64,000 nucleotides of DNA from an uncultured Saccharospirillaceae bacterium (GCA_950054195.1 CATLPG010000007.1:1579-65578), one strand, 5' to 3'; positions 1 through 9,687 are shown, numbered from the stretch's first letter. Notes: generated by a model from the letters alone, not told the origin. A program made the numbers and translations.

Positions 1-2
1 TA

Positions 3-236
3 GCTAATCAAAGTGAAACTGGAGCTTCTGTTTCAGTTCAAATTAGAAATATAACGCAAGGTGTAAATATTACTCCTTTAGCTACTGTTACAAATAATGC
101 ATGGACTAATACATCTTTGAACTTATCGACTCTATCAACAGCCGCTGGAGATGTTATAGTTATTATTATCACTTTGAATAGTGCTAATTTAAATTACGCT
201 AGGGTTGGAGATATAGATTTGAATTATAACCGTTAA
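3..236 (+). CDS. 3' end of a gene that starts upstream of the window; C-terminal beta-rich (jelly-roll/lectin-like) domain of a probable secreted protein
   Basis: This frame is open from the window edge to TAA at 234-236 (...NAWTNTSLNLSTLSTAAGDVIVIIITLNSANLNYARVGDIDLNYNR*). It is absent from the ORF track because it has no start in the window. The terminal strand Y-A-R-V-G-D-I-D-L resembles the last strand of the modules in the next four genes. Confidence 0.5.
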   Translation, partial: ANQSETGASVSVQIRNITQGVNITPLATVTNNAWTNTSLNLSTLSTAAGDVIVIIITLNSANLNYARVGDIDLNYNR

Positions 237-243
237 TCGTTTT

Positions 244-3200
244 ATGGTTTTTCGGTTCTTGCTCATATTAACCCTGTTTTTCTCTCCAAGAGTATACTCT
301 CAAACTACTATTTGGTTAGAAGACTTTACCTCTGAAGTGAATGGAGCTGTTACGGGTAACAATGATAATACAGCTAATCCAGCAGCAGATTGGACAACGT
401 CTTGTCCTACATGTGATAGACCAAATGAATTTAGGGTTAGTGGCAATGAGTTTAGAACAACCAATACAGATGAGTTAGCAACTTGGACATCAGAGGTTAT
501 TGATATAACTGGTTATTCTGATGTTGGGGCAAGTGTTCAAATTGATATGGATGATAATGATATGGAAGCAGTAGACTGTATTACAGTTACGTATAGATTA
601 GATGGAAGTGCGCCTATTGTTTTTCCCACAAATGGTGCTCTATGTGGAGATGGAGCAGACCCTATATTTGCTACTGTTACTGGTTTAACAGGGACAAGTA
701 TTCAAATTATTATACAAGCTATAAATACAGCAACAAACGAAAATATTTATTTTGATAATGTTAGAGTTACTGGAAATTTACCGAGTCCACCATTGGCTTT
801 TATAATTGGAAATAATCAACCAGCAGATAAGGTATACGGGCAGCCAGATTTTGTTACCAATACAGCCGGGTCCTCTCAAACTAGAACATTTGACTCTTAT
901 CATACGGCTGTAGACCCAACTACAGGTAAAGTATTTATTTGTGAAGTAGGTAATAATAGAATTATGCGTTACCCAGATATTGATGCAGTTACTAATGGTG
1001 AACCTGCAGAAGCTGTCTTAGGACAAACAAACTTTACAAATAATGGTACAGGTTTAGCTGCTAATAGATTTAATTCTCCAACAGGAATTTTTATTGGTAT
1101 AGATGGTATTTTGTGGGTGTCCGACTTTCAAAATCATCGGGTATTACGATTTAATAATGCTTCTACAAAAGCAACTGGAGCAAATGCAGATGGTGTTTTA
1201 GGACAGCCAGATTTTACTACTAATAGTACAGCTATAAGTCAAAATAGTATGTATAACCCAATTGGTGTTTATTCAGAAGATGATGGAACACTTTGGGTAG
1301 CAGGGTTAAACTCCAGACGTATTCTTCGCTTTGATAACGCAGCTGCTAAAGCGAATGGAGCTAATGCAGATGGTGTTTTGGGAAAAGGAAATTTCACAAC
1401 TAGCACAATTGATTTATCACAAAATAGAACAGGAGGTATATCAGGAATTTCAGTAAATAATAATGGAAGATTATATGCTAGTGATATCAATAATAACAGA
1501 GTACTTTGGTGGGATAATGCTAAAACGCTACCTAACGGAGCCAATGCAGATGGGGTATTAGGCCAGCCTGATTTTACGACCGGAGGAACTGGTTTGTCTC
1601 AAAGAGAAATGAGTTCGCCAAGGATGGTTTCTGTAACTAGAGATAATCAGTTTTTATCTGTAGCAGATGATGACAACAATAGGATTATGATATACCTAGA
1701 GCCAGGCACAGAAATAGGAGAGGTTAATGCTGATTTTGTTTTTGGACAACCAGATTTCAACTCTAATGCAGTTAATAATGGAGGACTTTCTGCTAGTTCT
1801 ATTAACAATCCTAGGGGTGTTTTCTTTTATCAAACTTCAGCTAGAGAAAACTACTTATTCGTATCCGATAGAAGTAATCACCGAACCAAATTATATGTTT
1901 TGTTTGATGTTTTTTATACAACAGATGCTTATACAGCTATATCTGATACATTTGCTGCAACAGAAGTTGATGGGGATGTACTAACTTTTTCGATTGTAGA
2001 CTCAACTAGCATAGGAACTATCCAAATTGATGATGTTAACTGGGGAACGTATACTTATACACCAAGAGTAAGACCTAACGATTATGCTGATACCGTAACG
2101 TATAGTGTATGTGACAAAGATGGATGTGATACTTCTATTGTTATATTCAATGTATTAAGTCCTGCCAGAATTTGGTTAAAAGCAGATGAGGGAGTAGATG
2201 GTACAACAAATGTTGTTGCTTGGAATAATCAGTCGGTAGTGGGAGATTCAGTATACTCTCCAACAGGAGGTGCTCCTGCATATATAAATAACCGATTTAA
2301 TTTTAATCCAGCAATACGGTTTAATGGATCATCTGATTATATGTTTAAAGAAGAAGGGACGATTAATATTGTAAATCCAGTTTATAGTTCTTTGTTTATA
2401 GTGGCTTCAGCTCGAACACAAAAAAATCAACATTTATTTTACGAAGAAACCAATGCAGATCGCTTTGGAGCGATAAACTTGTGGGGAGATGGTAACGCTT
2501 ATTTTGAAGTTAAGGATGTGTTAGAAAACGGTGTTGCTTGGGGAGGTTCTCTGGATAGTGTGTTCTTATGGTCCTTTGTTCAGGATAGCTTAACTGAATC
2601 AATTGCACGAAACGGACTGGAACTAATATCAAACACATCTAATACCGATTTTGGTAAAGGTGACACAGCATTTATTGGTTATGATCGTTCAAATTTTTAT
2701 GATGGTGATATAGCTGAAGTATATCAATACCAATATATAGAAGGAAGTTCTTTTCAAAATGGAGAGATTAATTCTGTGGAGTCATACATGGCACTAAAGT
2801 ATGGTATAACGCTTGATCAAACTGTAGATAGAGATGGAGATGGAAATACTGGTACAGATTACACGTTGTCTGATACTAATTCTATCGCTTGGAATGAAAC
2901 AGATAATATAGGTTATAATAACGATATCGCAGGTGTAGGGAGGGATGATAGGTTCCACTTAAACCAAAAACAAAGTAAAAGTGTCAACCATGATGCTATT
3001 ATTACCATGGGGTTAGATTCAATAACAACAGATAACTTATCTCATGGAAGTACTTTTATGAAAGACTCAATTGCATTTGTATGGGCTAACAACGATAGTA
3101 GTTTAGCTTCTTGGAGTACACAAGAAACCAGACATAGTTACAATACTATTTATCGCTTAAAGAGAGAGTGGAAAGTAGAGGAAAACTTAGGAGATGTAGG

Positions 3201-3480
3201 AACATTAGCTGTTCAAGTAAATAGTGCTGATTTACCAATAGCTCCTTTTGCAGGAAACAAACTTTTTATAGCTATTGATGAGGACTTAGATGGTGATTTT
3301 ACGACTGGTGATATTCAATTAATTCGTATGACCAATAACGCAGGAACCTGGGAAGCTGATGTTAACTTTTTGGATGGTCAGGTATTTACTTTTATGTTTA
3401 TTCATTTTGACTTCATGCGTCACGGGAAAAACTTTTACAATCAAAAAGAAAATGTTTATCGTTGGATAAATAGAAGGTAA
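244..3480 (+). CDS. Large secreted multidomain protein: N-terminal jelly-roll (MAM-like) module, six NHL-type beta-propeller repeats, cadherin/VCBS-like domain, LamG/concanavalin-like region
   Basis: Signal peptide MVFRFLLILTLFFSPRVYSQ. N-module WLEDF...W...EVIDI...YRLDG...IYFDNVRVTG. Six ~60-aa repeats carry [LFY]GQPDF and NNR[IV][LM]R[FY]. Further motifs are DGDVLTFSIVD...TYTYTP...TVTYSVCD and DIAEVYQY/ESYMALKYGITLD. No T9SS C-terminal domain is recognisable. Confidence 0.8.
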   Translation: MVFRFLLILTLFFSPRVYSQTTIWLEDFTSEVNGAVTGNNDNTANPAADWTTSCPTCDRPNEFRVSGNEFRTTNTDELATWTSEVIDITGYSDVGASVQIDMDDNDMEAVDCITVTYRLDGSAPIVFPTNGALCGDGADPIFATVTGLTGTSIQIIIQAINTATNENIYFDNVRVTGNLPSPPLAFIIGNNQPADKVYGQPDFVTNTAGSSQTRTFDSYHTAVDPTTGKVFICEVGNNRIMRYPDIDAVTNGEPAEAVLGQTNFTNNGTGLAANRFNSPTGIFIGIDGILWVSDFQNHRVLRFNNASTKATGANADGVLGQPDFTTNSTAISQNSMYNPIGVYSEDDGTLWVAGLNSRRILRFDNAAAKANGANADGVLGKGNFTTSTIDLSQNRTGGISGISVNNNGRLYASDINNNRVLWWDNAKTLPNGANADGVLGQPDFTTGGTGLSQREMSSPRMVSVTRDNQFLSVADDDNNRIMIYLEPGTEIGEVNADFVFGQPDFNSNAVNNGGLSASSINNPRGVFFYQTSARENYLFVSDRSNHRTKLYVLFDVFYTTDAYTAISDTFAATEVDGDVLTFSIVDSTSIGTIQIDDVNWGTYTYTPRVRPNDYADTVTYSVCDKDGCDTSIVIFNVLSPARIWLKADEGVDGTTNVVAWNNQSVVGDSVYSPTGGAPAYINNRFNFNPAIRFNGSSDYMFKEEGTINIVNPVYSSLFIVASARTQKNQHLFYEETNADRFGAINLWGDGNAYFEVKDVLENGVAWGGSLDSVFLWSFVQDSLTESIARNGLELISNTSNTDFGKGDTAFIGYDRSNFYDGDIAEVYQYQYIEGSSFQNGEINSVESYMALKYGITLDQTVDRDGDGNTGTDYTLSDTNSIAWNETDNIGYNNDIAGVGRDDRFHLNQKQSKSVNHDAIITMGLDSITTDNLSHGSTFMKDSIAFVWANNDSSLASWSTQETRHSYNTIYRLKREWKVEENLGDVGTLAVQVNSADLPIAPFAGNKLFIAIDEDLDGDFTTGDIQLIRMTNNAGTWEADVNFLDGQVFTFMFIHFDFMRHGKNFYNQKENVYRWINRR
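835..1910 (+). repeat. Six tandem NHL-type repeat units inside the 244..3480 CDS; the three central units keep an exact 180-nt period at DNA level
   Basis: The string aatgcagatgg recurs at 1183, 1363 and 1543, an exact 180-nt spacing. The protein motif ANGANADGVLGQPDFTT recurs every ~60 aa. Confidence 0.8.
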
Positions 3481-3660
3481 ACTTAAATCGATTTATTGTT
3501 CATTTGCTTTTTTAGCAAGCTATTTTGTAGCTTCTGCTTTACCTGAGCATTGATTTATTTTGTTTAAATAACGTAGTTTATACGATTATAAATAAAAAGC
3601 GTATCTAAGAGTCAAAAAGGCTAATACATCAATGTTTAATAGTATTATAAATATAGAAGA

Positions 3661-4803
3661 TTAATTACAAATTGCTGATATATCATCAATACCCCAATAA
3701 TCAAACCCTGATCCACTGGAAGCATAGACCACCCATCTCATTTTAAAATCATCAGTCAAAGGGCCAGGAATAGTTGTTGTGTATTGAGTATACACATTTG
3801 GAGCAAACACTCCAGCGTTGGTGGTAAATAAGGTAACCCAATTTGTGCCATCAAAATACTCAAAATCGAAGCCCTCTCCGTTATCAGGTGTTTCTCCACA
3901 TACAGCATCATCACCAGCAATGTACCAAAAAGAAACATCAATTGAGGTACAACCAGAGGCATCTAAATCATTTGTGGCAAAACCAGTTCCTGGATCACCC
4001 CCTATAAGTATAGATTCTGTACCAGAGCGTGAACATAAGCTTGTAGTAGCAAAAGTACCTGAAGAGACCCACTCCGAAGGAATACCATCTTCAAAGCCTT
4101 GAAATAAAGGAAAATCAGGATTGCAGTTTTTAGGTAACTCAGGTTGAATCATAATTTTATCTGTGGAGGGTACAAAAAATAAATATTGTAAAACAGGAGT
4201 GTTGAATGAGCAAAAGTGTTGATCCTCCCTAACAACACCACCCGAAGATGAGTCCAGTACATACCAGTATCCGACATCTAACCCATGATTAACGGATACA
4301 TACCCCGTATTTTGTATTCTAATAGTATCAGCAGAAGGAGTTGCAACTAACAAAGCTTCAGCTGCCATAGAAATATTCGTGTCAATAGCTAACTCATACC
4401 TAGAAGTGTTTTCATCGTAATAAACAGGAAGTATTTCATAAGCAGGAATTGTAAAACCATGTGTAGGCTCTTCAACATTATAAAGATTATCAATACTGGT
4501 GTCGGGTACGAAAATGTTATGGTTTAGTATACCTCCTTCATAAATTCTCAAGTTACCAAAATCATAGGTCATTGAATCAATAATTTCATTCGTTGAGTCG
4601 GTAAGATCAGGATGGTATGTAGTATGTATGCTATCAATATTAAAGAATATTAAAGAATCATTTCTACCAACTATACTATCAAAACCTGTTGTTTGCTTAA
4701 ATAAACGAATTCTTGTATTGGTTCTATTTTGAGATACCCCGGTAAGTGGTATTATTATAGATAACACAATCAATAGTATAATATGTTGTTTTAAATGTTT
4801 CAT
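3661..4803 (-). CDS. Secreted hypothetical protein, paralog 1 of 3: conserved N-module plus canonical MAM-like C-terminal domain
   Basis: Has a signal peptide. Shares RLFKQTTGFDSIV, HGFTIPAY, IQNTGY..VNHGLDVGYWYVLD, QYLFF and IQPELP with the next two ORFs. The C-terminus FEDGIPSEW...SFWY...FDFEYFDG..W...FDYWGIDDISAI fits the MAM pattern. Confidence 0.7.
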   Translation of the reverse strand: MKHLKQHIILLIVLSIIIPLTGVSQNRTNTRIRLFKQTTGFDSIVGRNDSLIFFNIDSIHTTYHPDLTDSTNEIIDSMTYDFGNLRIYEGGILNHNIFVPDTSIDNLYNVEEPTHGFTIPAYEILPVYYDENTSRYELAIDTNISMAAEALLVATPSADTIRIQNTGYVSVNHGLDVGYWYVLDSSSGGVVREDQHFCSFNTPVLQYLFFVPSTDKIMIQPELPKNCNPDFPLFQGFEDGIPSEWVSSGTFATTSLCSRSGTESILIGGDPGTGFATNDLDASGCTSIDVSFWYIAGDDAVCGETPDNGEGFDFEYFDGTNWVTLFTTNAGVFAPNVYTQYTTTIPGPLTDDFKMRWVVYASSGSGFDYWGIDDISAICN

Positions 4804-4804
4804 C

Positions 4805-5977
4805 CTATAATGTTCTAACTCTCATTTGTTCTAAATAAACATCCTCAGCACCACCGCTATCAAAAAAGACGGCCCTAAGTTGTACATTGCTCACTCCAGC
4901 AACTGAAACTGTTAACGTAGCATCACCATTGCCAAAATCATCAAATAAATCAACAATGTCTATCCATGCTCCTCCATCTAAACGGTATTGTATATTTAAA
5001 TTATCTGCTCCATCCAGATTGCTTTCCTCACGATAATCTACAAAAATTTCTACATCGCCATCGTGGCAAAAAACATCAATCTGTTCTGATAACCAAGTGG
5101 TAGTTCCTCCACTCATATAAAATTCCCAGTTAAAATCATTACGAGTCTCTCCCGTTCCTGTGGTTGTTCGAGACCAAGAGGTTGGTCCATTATCAACAGT
5201 AGAATTGTTTGGTAATCCATCAAAGCCTTCGTTCCAATCCCTACTAAAGTCATCCTGGCACCTGTTTGGACAGTCTAGCGGTTTTTCTGGCTGTAGAAGT
5301 ATTGTTTCAGGAGATGACGTGTAAAAAAGATATTGAATATGATGATCTTCATTTTCACAAGTGTCTACTGCAGGTATTACATTTCCTGGTGTTAAGGTGT
5401 CTAATATGTACCAAACACCTACAGGTAATCCATGATTTAAATTTAAATAACCGGTGTTTTGTATTTCTATAGTATTTAAGTTAGGGGCTCGTGTCATTAG
5501 TACATCTGCCGTTCGGTGCAAGGAATCAGCAAGAGCAAGTTCATATTGACTAGTAGTTGTATCAAAATACAGAGGTAGAACACCGTATGATGGTACCGTA
5601 AATCCATGAAGTAGCTGAGTTACTCTAAAAAAGTTATCTCTACCTGTAATTATTTCTGCTTTAAACACTCTGTCATCAGCATCAATAACATATAGGGTAT
5701 CATTTAAAAAATAAGCACTATCACTTATTTCATTTAATGTATCTAAGTCAGACAATTCAACTGTCAAAACAGTATCTCTTGTGTAGAAATACATTGAATC
5801 AGCTGTAGTCAATAAAAAGCTACTTCTTTTAGTAACAATGCTGTCAAATCCTGTGGTTTGTTGGAAAAGCCTCAGTTTGGTGTTTTGAGAAAAACTATTA
5901 GTCTTAAACCCAATAGTGAAAGCAAAAACTAAGAAGCCTAATGTTATTAAACGATATTTTAAAAAAGTATTAGTCAT
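4805..5977 (-). CDS. Secreted hypothetical protein, paralog 2 of 3: conserved N-module plus YRLDGGAW-type jelly-roll C-terminal domain
   Basis: Starts 1 nt from the downstream paralog. Has a signal peptide. Motifs are RLFQQTTGFDSIV, HGFTVPSYGVLPLYFD, IQNTGYLNLNHGLPVGVWYILD and QYLFY. C-terminus reads W.EGF...W...EQIDV...IQYRLDGGAWIDI...VYLEQMRV. Confidence 0.7.
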   Translation of the reverse strand: MTNTFLKYRLITLGFLVFAFTIGFKTNSFSQNTKLRLFQQTTGFDSIVTKRSSFLLTTADSMYFYTRDTVLTVELSDLDTLNEISDSAYFLNDTLYVIDADDRVFKAEIITGRDNFFRVTQLLHGFTVPSYGVLPLYFDTTTSQYELALADSLHRTADVLMTRAPNLNTIEIQNTGYLNLNHGLPVGVWYILDTLTPGNVIPAVDTCENEDHHIQYLFYTSSPETILLQPEKPLDCPNRCQDDFSRDWNEGFDGLPNNSTVDNGPTSWSRTTTGTGETRNDFNWEFYMSGGTTTWLSEQIDVFCHDGDVEIFVDYREESNLDGADNLNIQYRLDGGAWIDIVDLFDDFGNGDATLTVSVAGVSNVQLRAVFFDSGGAEDVYLEQMRVRTL

Positions 5978-5980
5978 GCT

Positions 5981-7105
5981 TTAATCTTGTAGTCTAACTC
6001 TATTTATGTAGTGATCTTCTCCACCGCCATTGTCAGTTAAAACTCTAATTTCTAGAGTAGATGAAGTTCCGCTGGCAAATGTAACAGTATGTGTTGTGGT
6101 GCCAAAGTCATTATTATTATACCCAAAAGAAATCCAAGCACCTCCGTCTAATCTGTATTGTGATTCAACATCATCATCTCCTTCCATATTACCTTCTTCG
6201 GATATATCAATAATTATTGTAATATTTCCAGGTACACACTCAATATCGATCGGTGATGTTTGCCAGGTAGAATTATCCATCTCAACAGCTTGTCTACCCG
6301 CATCAACACCATTATCATCAACGGTCCAAGCTGTAGAATCTGTATCAACAGTTGTACCATTTGCTTGTGTCGAAAAATCCTCATCCCAATAGTCTAGGTC
6401 AAAACCTCCGCAGGCAGCGAAAGGATTTAATGTTGTAAGTAAATTAGAAGAATCACACTCTATTGGTTGCTCGGGTTGTATTAATATTTGGTTGGCGTCT
6501 GCTGTGAAAAATAAATATTGAATGGGTTCACCTACTACTAAACACGTATCAAAAGCTGGGATAACACCACCTGGGTTAGCTGTATCTAAAATATACCAAA
6601 TACCTACTTGTAAGCCATGAGTTATATCTAAATACCCAGTGTTTTGTACGAGTATTTGATCTTGATCGATGGAATCTACCATTAAAATATCAGCCGCTTT
6701 ATGAATAGAGTCTGCTTGTGCATATTCATAGGTTCCCGTTGAGTGATTAAAGTACAAAGGTCTTATTCCCCAGCTGGGCAAACGAAAGCCATGGCTAGGT
6801 ATGCTTAACTCGTAATCGTTATCCTTCCCAGCAATGATTTCTACTTTTCTTGTGGTTACAGTATTTTCATAAATTGATAGCGTATCATCTTGGAAACTTA
6901 TTGAATCAAATAGTTCATTTAAAGAATCCAAGTCAAGAGGTCCACCTTTAATTAACGTATCCGATGAATACAAATAAAGGGAGTCGTAGGATGTTACTAT
7001 ACTATCAAAATCATTCGTTTGCTCAAACAATCTAATTTTGGTGTTTTGACCAAAACCAATGGCTGAGCAAATTAAAAAAAAAATAATGTAATAGTATTTT
7101 AACAT
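5981..7105 (-). CDS. Secreted hypothetical protein, paralog 3 of 3: conserved N-module plus YRLDGGAW-type jelly-roll C-terminal domain
   Basis: Lies 3 nt from paralog 2. Has a signal peptide. Motifs are RLFEQTNDFDSIV, HGFRLPSWGIRPLYF, VQNTGYLDITHGLQVGIWYILD and QYLFF. C-terminus reads YWDEDF...W...SPIDI...SQYRLDGGAWISF...HYINRVRL. Confidence 0.7.
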   Translation of the reverse strand: MLKYYYIIFFLICSAIGFGQNTKIRLFEQTNDFDSIVTSYDSLYLYSSDTLIKGGPLDLDSLNELFDSISFQDDTLSIYENTVTTRKVEIIAGKDNDYELSIPSHGFRLPSWGIRPLYFNHSTGTYEYAQADSIHKAADILMVDSIDQDQILVQNTGYLDITHGLQVGIWYILDTANPGGVIPAFDTCLVVGEPIQYLFFTADANQILIQPEQPIECDSSNLLTTLNPFAACGGFDLDYWDEDFSTQANGTTVDTDSTAWTVDDNGVDAGRQAVEMDNSTWQTSPIDIECVPGNITIIIDISEEGNMEGDDDVESQYRLDGGAWISFGYNNNDFGTTTHTVTFASGTSSTLEIRVLTDNGGGEDHYINRVRLQD

Positions 7106-7326
7106 TTCGAATCTATAAGGATTGAATATTTTAAGAAATATATCTTTTATTTTAAATAATACATTAAATTATTTTACGAAAAAATATAGTTCTAGGTTAC
7201 ATGTAAAAATAGGAAAAAACATTTTTTAAACCTATTTTGATGGGGTGAAAGAAATAAGCAAAAAACTAAAGAATAGCTTAAAGTCTAATGTTGCAATAAT
7301 TAATTATTTTTAAAGAAAAAGAACGA

Positions 7327-9687
7327 GTGGCAAAAAAACTTATTTTCTTATTATTACTGTTAGTGTTATTGATTATTGGAGCTTATTACACATATTCAAA
7401 GTTAGAGCGTGTTGAAAATGATCAAAAATCTCTTTTAAGTTTTATTCCTAGAGAACAGATAGAGCTTATTTTTTTCTCCCCATATCTAACAGAAACATTC
7501 AATCAATTTAAATCTCAGTCTGTTTTAGCCAAACAACTTGAAAATAATAAGTCTTTCAAGGTTTTAACTCAAAGAATGGCTATTATAGATTCTGTTTTAC
7601 AACAAGAACAGATAGTTACAAAAAATGAATATCTAGCGAATTATAATAATTTCCAATCATTTTTATACGTAGCTAAACATGAAGGAGATGAGATTGTTGA
7701 TACAATCACTCAAACGATTAACGGGCAAGAGGTTTTTGTAAGTCTTGGAGAAAATAAATTATTCATTTCTAACACTGAAGAATTACTTAAGCCCCAAAAA
7801 GAGATGGTTTTAAGCAATGATACGCTTCTAGCTAAAGTTTTTAATACTACTAGCGAATTAGCATTTGGCATAAACTTTTCTCAAGCATATAGCCAAAATA
7901 ACTTTGACTTTTTTAAATCTGATGGTAATAAATGGGGGTGGTATGATATTAACTTTTCTGAACAAGATTTTAGAGTTAATGGTATTGAATTAGTAAACAC
8001 TTCTAAAACAGGTGAAACCGAAATAAATCACTCCTATTCATTTATACCACAAAATATTTCTACATTATCAATAGTAGAAACAAGAGACTTACTTGTGCCT
8101 GCAATTTTTGACTCTTTGTGTAATTGTAACTTTGTGAAAGAAAAAATGGATTGGGTAGGGAGTCATATGATGACTTTTTCAGGACAATTTTTAGATGAAA
8201 ACTATTTAGCGATACATTTAAGTAATCCAGATTTAATAGATGAGCAATTGGGATCAATAAACATTAACAAAGACTCCAATAATATCTATGCTATAACCGA
8301 AAATGATTTAGATTTTAAAGAAATTTTTAATTTGGATTTTTATCCCAATTACTTAATCGTTTTGGATGATTATGCCATATTAGGAATAAATCAAGACGCC
8401 TTAAATAAATTGCTGTATAACTACAATAATGAAAACACCATTGTTAAACAAATTGATATTTATGAGTACTTAGTTAATCGATTTGATGATAAAGATGTCA
8501 AACATAAAAAAGTAGAAAAAGGCTTTTTACCATCATCAGAAATATCAAAAGGGATAAGTACACTTACTAGAAAGGTAGCAAATGAACACATGGAAATTAT
8601 ATCTTTTGATTATACACAAAAAATAAACTTGATATCAACTAGTGAACAAGCAGCATGGAATCAGCAGTTGGATGCTAACATAACATTTGTAGACTTAATT
8701 TTCAACCATCAAGTAAATGATAAACAACTTGTAGTCCAAGATGAATCAGATATGCTTTATTTAATTACACCCGCTGGTGCCATTTCCTGGAAAAAGCAAC
8801 TTCAAGGTCAAGTAAAAGGTAATATTGAGCAAGTAGATATCTACAAAAATGGAAAAAAACAACTCTTATTTAACACAACATCGCACATTTACTTACTAGA
8901 TGTGTTAGGTAGAGATGTTAATAGTTTTCCAGTAACTATTGATTCTGCAACAAATTATATCAATGCATTTGATTATGATAACAATGGAGATTATCGTTTT
9001 GTTTTAGCCACTAAAAGTGGGATAGTTAACTACGATAAAGAAGGTAAACCAATTCTAGGATGGAACAAATTTCAACCCAAAGCAACTATACAGCAACAAA
9101 TACGATACTTTAGTATTTCAGGAAAAGATTATTTATTAGCAAATGATATAGAAAGCAATGTTTACTTACTCTCAAGGAGAGGTGATATTCGAGTACCATT
9201 ATCATCAACTTACAGTTCAACTTATTTACCTGTAGATTTTGGAAATGATTTAAATACTACTCGAACAGTTTATTACAGTTCAAGTGATAAATCAGTTAAG
9301 AAACACTTCTTTAATAACAGTGCCCCAATTAAAGTACTATATTTTACTGATAGTGTAGAACACTTTAGTTACCATAGTGTTACACAAAGTAAAGACAAAC
9401 AATATTTGATTTTTTTCAAAAATAGAGTAGAAGTATTTGATAAAGCAGGTAAAAAAGTAGAGCAGTATAAGCTACCAATTGAAAAACAGCATATTAAGCT
9501 ATATAATAACAATATAGGAGTCATTCATCCCATTGTAAATGAACTACATCTCATCGATACCAAACTCAAGGATAAATCCATATTTTCTAATATGACAAAC
9601 TATATTATAGATGAAAAAAACACTTACGATCGTATCTATGGTGTGTCGGGTGATAATATTCGTATGATTATTAAAAAGAGAGAGTAA
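7327..9687 (+). CDS. Membrane-anchored hypothetical protein with C-terminal beta-propeller-like (BamB/PQQ- or FG-GAP-like) repeats
   Basis: GTG start. N-terminal TM helix LIFLLLLLVLLIIGAYY. The C-terminal third has repeated strand-turn motifs (LYLITPAGAISWKKQL, HIYLLDVLGRDVNSFP, DYDNNGDYRFVLATKSGIVNYDKEGKPILGW). No catalytic motif is recognised. Confidence 0.6.
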   Translation: MAKKLIFLLLLLVLLIIGAYYTYSKLERVENDQKSLLSFIPREQIELIFFSPYLTETFNQFKSQSVLAKQLENNKSFKVLTQRMAIIDSVLQQEQIVTKNEYLANYNNFQSFLYVAKHEGDEIVDTITQTINGQEVFVSLGENKLFISNTEELLKPQKEMVLSNDTLLAKVFNTTSELAFGINFSQAYSQNNFDFFKSDGNKWGWYDINFSEQDFRVNGIELVNTSKTGETEINHSYSFIPQNISTLSIVETRDLLVPAIFDSLCNCNFVKEKMDWVGSHMMTFSGQFLDENYLAIHLSNPDLIDEQLGSININKDSNNIYAITENDLDFKEIFNLDFYPNYLIVLDDYAILGINQDALNKLLYNYNNENTIVKQIDIYEYLVNRFDDKDVKHKKVEKGFLPSSEISKGISTLTRKVANEHMEIISFDYTQKINLISTSEQAAWNQQLDANITFVDLIFNHQVNDKQLVVQDESDMLYLITPAGAISWKKQLQGQVKGNIEQVDIYKNGKKQLLFNTTSHIYLLDVLGRDVNSFPVTIDSATNYINAFDYDNNGDYRFVLATKSGIVNYDKEGKPILGWNKFQPKATIQQQIRYFSISGKDYLLANDIESNVYLLSRRGDIRVPLSSTYSSTYLPVDFGNDLNTTRTVYYSSSDKSVKKHFFNNSAPIKVLYFTDSVEHFSYHSVTQSKDKQYLIFFKNRVEVFDKAGKKVEQYKLPIEKQHIKLYNNNIGVIHPIVNELHLIDTKLKDKSIFSNMTNYIIDEKNTYDRIYGVSGDNIRMIIKKRE

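Noticed and set aside
1269-1984. Track ORFs 1269..1544 (minus strand) and 1727..1984 (plus strand, other frame) inside the 1078-aa gene
   Set aside because: They are fully embedded in a long, motif-rich CDS. Their translations are low-complexity with no motifs, so they are shadow ORFs typical of AT-rich DNA.
3481-3660. Terminator-like hairpins after the 1078-aa gene (ttgct-ttttt-agcaa and aagcta-ttttg-tagctt)
   Set aside because: The stems are only 5-6 bp, AT-rich, overlapping and without a clean T tract. They are plausible but unsupported.
3756-6392. Track ORFs 3756..3962, 3818..4102, 5266..5472 and 6030..6392 overlapping the three paralogs
   Set aside because: They lie antisense or out of frame within well-supported paralogous CDSs, and no independent signal supports them.
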